From an uncultured bacterium (lineage in GTDB: Bacteria > Omnitrophota > Omnitrophia > Omnitrophales > Abzuiibacteriaceae), in assembly GCA_964387845.1 (NCBI GenBank), contig CAYLXA010000003.1, positions 96,001 through 160,000 on the forward strand: a stretch of DNA of 64,000 bases, in the 5' to 3' direction. Shown here piece by piece: positions 61,200 through 64,000 of this stretch. The first letter of the stretch is position 1; every line of letters begins with the position of its first letter. A program made the translations under genes and the position numbers. The notes beneath the pieces were generated by a model that was not told where the DNA came from, ran no database searches, and saw only the letters and a program-made list of their open reading frames with translations.

Positions 61200-61601
61200 A
61201 TGACACCAAAAAAAGGAAAGCTTAGCGTCAAATCCAGAGTGAGCAGCCTGAAACATGCGTTCTCGGGCCTTGTGGATATGCTGCTGACAGAGCCGAATGC
61301 GTGGGTTCACATGATTGCCACGGTTCTTGTTCTATTAATGTCGTGGTGGCTTCAAATCAGTATCGGCGGCTTTGTTGCTATTGTCATTGCCATCGGCGGC
61401 GTCTGGATGGCGGAAGCTTTTAACACCGTTCTTGAGATTGTGGTCGATTTGGTATCCTCCGGCCAATATTCGGACGCGGCAAAGCGTGCTAAGGATATCG
61501 CGGCCGCCGCTGTTCTCATTTGGACCGTTGCCGCCAGCCTGATCGGTTTTATCGTTCTCGGCCCGCCGCTTTATGCGCGCCTCCTCCCCCTCTTCTCTTA
61601 A
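61200..61601 (+). CDS. dgkA: Diacylglycerol/undecaprenol kinase (DgkA family)
   Basis: Three-TM protein of about 130 aa with E...N...D conserved layout and an AAAAVLIWTVAASLIGF helix. Confidence 0.75.
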   Translation: MTPKKGKLSVKSRVSSLKHAFSGLVDMLLTEPNAWVHMIATVLVLLMSWWLQISIGGFVAIVIAIGGVWMAEAFNTVLEIVVDLVSSGQYSDAAKRAKDIAAAAVLIWTVAASLIGFIVLGPPLYARLLPLFS

Positions 61602-62072
61602 ACAACGATTTACCAGCATTTTAACTACGCTCAGGCCCTCGACTCAGCCGACGTTCGGATTTCCCAGCGAGAAATCCTCACTCGACTTCCGGCTGCCCTC
61701 GGCAAGAATAGGCTTCTCAAGAAGCATCTCTCGGAGCTCTTGGGAGCTTGGCTCCCCGCCGTTTTGCTTCGCAAAGCAAAGCAGCGGGGATCCCAAGAGC
61801 GAGAGCGAAGGCACCGAGACGCCGCAGCCCGTCACCCATATTAAATTTTCTATTGAAGGTGAGGGCTGTCCCAATTCTCAAATGAATATACGCCCCAGAC
61901 GCTTTATTGATAATTGGGACAGGAGCGGCTCGAGTGCCGGTGCTGGATGAGAAGTCCATTCTTGCCGCCATGCTCGGGCAGCCTCCAGACGCGTCTTCGC
62001 CGAGGCCTTCGCAGTTAAAAATGCTGAATTGGGCGTTGTGGATTAAAGTAAATCGTTGTACAATTCTTCGCT

Positions 62073-63758
62073 ATGTCATATCAAGTCTTCGCGCGCAAGT
62101 TCAGGCCGCAAACTTTTGATGAAGTCATCGGCCAAGAACACATCACCACAACCCTTAAAAATGCGATTAAAAAGGGCCGAGTTGCGCAAAGCTTCCTATT
62201 TTCGGGCTCCCGCGGCGTCGGGAAAACATCCACAGCCCGGATTTTAGCCAAAGCGCTCAACTGCCAAAAGGGCCCCAGCGAAAATCCGTGCGGGAAATGC
62301 CCGAGCTGTGAAGAAATCACGCGCGGCGCAAGCCTTGATGTGCTCGAAATCGACGGTGCATCAAACCGCGGCATCGATGAAATCCGGAATCTTCGCGACA
62401 ACGTCAAATTTAAGCCTTCCAGCGGGCGTTATAAGATTTACATTATTGACGAAGTCCACATGCTGACGGGAGAAGCGTTTAATGCGCTTCTAAAAACACT
62501 TGAAGAGCCTCCGGAACATGTGAAATTTGTTTTTGCGACAACCGAATCGCACAAAGTTCCCCTGACAATCCTTTCAAGGTGCCAAAGGTTTTCATTCCGC
62601 CGCGTTTCCACTTCATTGATTCACGATAAATTGAAGGAAATCTGCAAAAAAGAAAAAATCAAGGCAGGCGAGAAAACACTTTTCCTGATCGCAAAGTCCG
62701 CAGAAGGAAGTTTGCGTGACGGCGAAGGGCTTCTGGACCAAATGTCGAGTTTCGGCGAAGGCGAAATCAAAGAAGACGATGTTTTGTTTTCACTCGGCCT
62801 GACATCGGATGAAACTTATCTTCAATTAATCCGCGCGGTTGAATCGAGAAAATCAAAAGACGTTTTGTCGCTTGTCAGCGAGTTGGTGGATCAAGGGAAA
62901 GACATCGAGCAATTTACCAAAGGCCTTTTGGAGTATTTCCGTGATCTTTTGGTGCTGAAGCTCGGTGATGTAAAGTCCGAATTCATCGAGCGCGATGAAG
63001 AATCGCTCTCGGAGCTTCTGAAATTTTCAGAAAGTTTCAAACGCGAAGAGCTTTTCTTGATTTTAAGCCTGCTTCAGCAGCTTCTCCGGGAAATTAAATG
63101 GTCAAAAAGCCCGCGTTATCTTTTAGAAATTTGCCTGCTCAAAATCGCAAACCGGGAAGAGCTTTCGGCGATTCAAGATATTTTGTCTGAACTCCGGCAG
63201 ATTTCAAAAACACCGGCGCAGTTTTCACCTTCATCAAGCGGTGTTTCCAATTTTCAAGCGGCCTCGTTTCAGGATAAAAAAAAAGCCGTTGAGCGCCCCG
63301 AAATAAAATTCCAACTCAAACCTGCTTTGAAATCCGAGGCAAAAAATCCGGAAGAAACCGCGGTTTCCGCTTACGGCGTGCGCGATATCGATTTTGAAGA
63401 AATGGAGCGCGCCTGGCCGGAACTTTTGTCGCGCGTAAAAACCACCAGGATGTCGGTCGGCACTTATCTTTCGGAATCGGAACCTTTGGAAGTTGCGGGC
63501 AATAAAATTACATTCGGATTTCCGCCGGAATTTAAATTTCATATGGAAAATCTGGAGCATCAGGGCAATAAGGGCTTTATTCAAAAAACGCTCGAGGATA
63601 TTCTGAAAGCGAAAGTGCAAATTCAGTTTGTTGTGGCAAAAGCGGAAAAAATCGAAAAAGTTGTGCCCAAAACCGAACCCGAAAAAGAAAATAATTCAGA
63701 AGTCATTTTGTCCGCGCTGGATATTTTTCAAGGCAGTAAAGTGATCCGGAAAGCTTAG
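62073..63758 (+). CDS. dnaX: DNA polymerase III subunit tau/gamma
   Basis: Walker A SGSRGVGKTST, Zn module CQKGPSENPCGKCPSC and SRC motif. Confidence 0.9.
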   Translation: MSYQVFARKFRPQTFDEVIGQEHITTTLKNAIKKGRVAQSFLFSGSRGVGKTSTARILAKALNCQKGPSENPCGKCPSCEEITRGASLDVLEIDGASNRGIDEIRNLRDNVKFKPSSGRYKIYIIDEVHMLTGEAFNALLKTLEEPPEHVKFVFATTESHKVPLTILSRCQRFSFRRVSTSLIHDKLKEICKKEKIKAGEKTLFLIAKSAEGSLRDGEGLLDQMSSFGEGEIKEDDVLFSLGLTSDETYLQLIRAVESRKSKDVLSLVSELVDQGKDIEQFTKGLLEYFRDLLVLKLGDVKSEFIERDEESLSELLKFSESFKREELFLILSLLQQLLREIKWSKSPRYLLEICLLKIANREELSAIQDILSELRQISKTPAQFSPSSSGVSNFQAASFQDKKKAVERPEIKFQLKPALKSEAKNPEETAVSAYGVRDIDFEEMERAWPELLSRVKTTRMSVGTYLSESEPLEVAGNKITFGFPPEFKFHMENLEHQGNKGFIQKTLEDILKAKVQIQFVVAKAEKIEKVVPKTEPEKENNSEVILSALDIFQGSKVIRKA

Positions 63759-63763
63759 CCCTC

Positions 63764-64000
63764 ATGAGCGAAGGTTACCCCGAGATTCTTACCCGCTTGA
63801 TGAAAGCATTTACCATGCTCCCCGGCATCGGCCCTAAATCTGCCGAGCGGATTGTGCTTCAATTATTAAAAGAAAGCGACCAGCAAGTCCGCGAACTTTC
63901 AAAACTGCTCGTGGATGCAAAAGAGAAAATTTTCTTCTGTGATCTCTGCCGCAATCTAACCACCGAAAAGCTTTGCGGAATCTGCAAAGACCCGACGCGC
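63764..64000 (+). CDS. recR: Recombination protein RecR (N-terminal part; continues beyond window)
   Basis: HhH motif LPGIGPKSAERI and the C4 zinc finger CDLC...CGIC. Confidence 0.8.
   Translation, partial: MSEGYPEILTRLMKAFTMLPGIGPKSAERIVLQLLKESDQQVRELSKLLVDAKEKIFFCDLCRNLTTEKLCGICKDPTR

Noticed and set aside
61573-61971. ORFs 61573..61950 (+) and 61717..61971 (-) in the dgkA-dnaX spacer
   Set aside because: They give low-complexity Ser/Pro/Arg-rich translations that overlap each other on opposite strands, in a region dominated by perfect hairpins. This is more consistent with a structured RNA or non-coding DNA than with protein.

Overview
This 64 kb window is the chromosomal replication-origin neighbourhood of an uncultivated-looking bacterium with moderate GC. 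The origin block spans 41.8-57.7 kb. On the minus strand it carries dnaA, dnaN, a DUF721/DciA-like gene, gyrB, gyrA and serS. On the plus strand it carries rpmH, rnpA, yidD, yidC, mnmG, parA and parB, with two parS palindromes in front of parA. Other housekeeping blocks are: (1) a complete minus-strand isc operon (iscR, iscS, iscU, iscA, hscB, hscA, fdx, iscX); (2) a sulfate-activation operon (cysC, a PHP-family phosphoesterase, cysH, sat); (3) fabI; (4) tatC; (5) a ROK regulator / CBM-like / GH94 phosphorylase / sugar-binding-protein locus; (6) ndk and tadA; (7) three glycosyltransferases; (8) xth, dgkA, dnaX and the start of recR. Five tRNA genes are present: Ser-GGA, Arg-ACG, Ser-UGA, Ser-GCU and Ser-CGA, plus one disrupted tRNA-Ser pseudogene. 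The most unusual locus is at 15.7-21.5 kb. A SAM-I (S-box) riboswitch with an intrinsic terminator precedes a threonine-synthase-family PLP enzyme and a MoaD/ThiS-type sulfur-carrier protein. I read this pair as a candidate MetM/MetO-type homocysteine synthase. The carrier gene is translationally coupled (TAATG overlap) to bioB, which is followed by a FabG-like reductase, a FabF-like ketosynthase and bioF. A ThrH homologue (an O-phosphohomoserine/phosphoserine enzyme) lies at 59.6 kb. Two AT-rich islands look horizontally acquired. The first (5.8-7.6 kb) is bracketed by a ~31 bp GC-rich direct repeat and carries an unknown protein plus a RelE/ParE toxin with an AbrB/MazE-type antitoxin. The second (34.9-36.7 kb) abuts tRNA-Ser(GGA), whose 3'-terminal 25 nt is duplicated 176 bp away. 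A small family of paired-hairpin (CCGCCA...TGGCGG) REP-like repeats occurs at three intergenic sites; one copy sits inside the anticodon loop of the tRNA-Ser pseudogene. No transposase, integrase or CRISPR array was seen.
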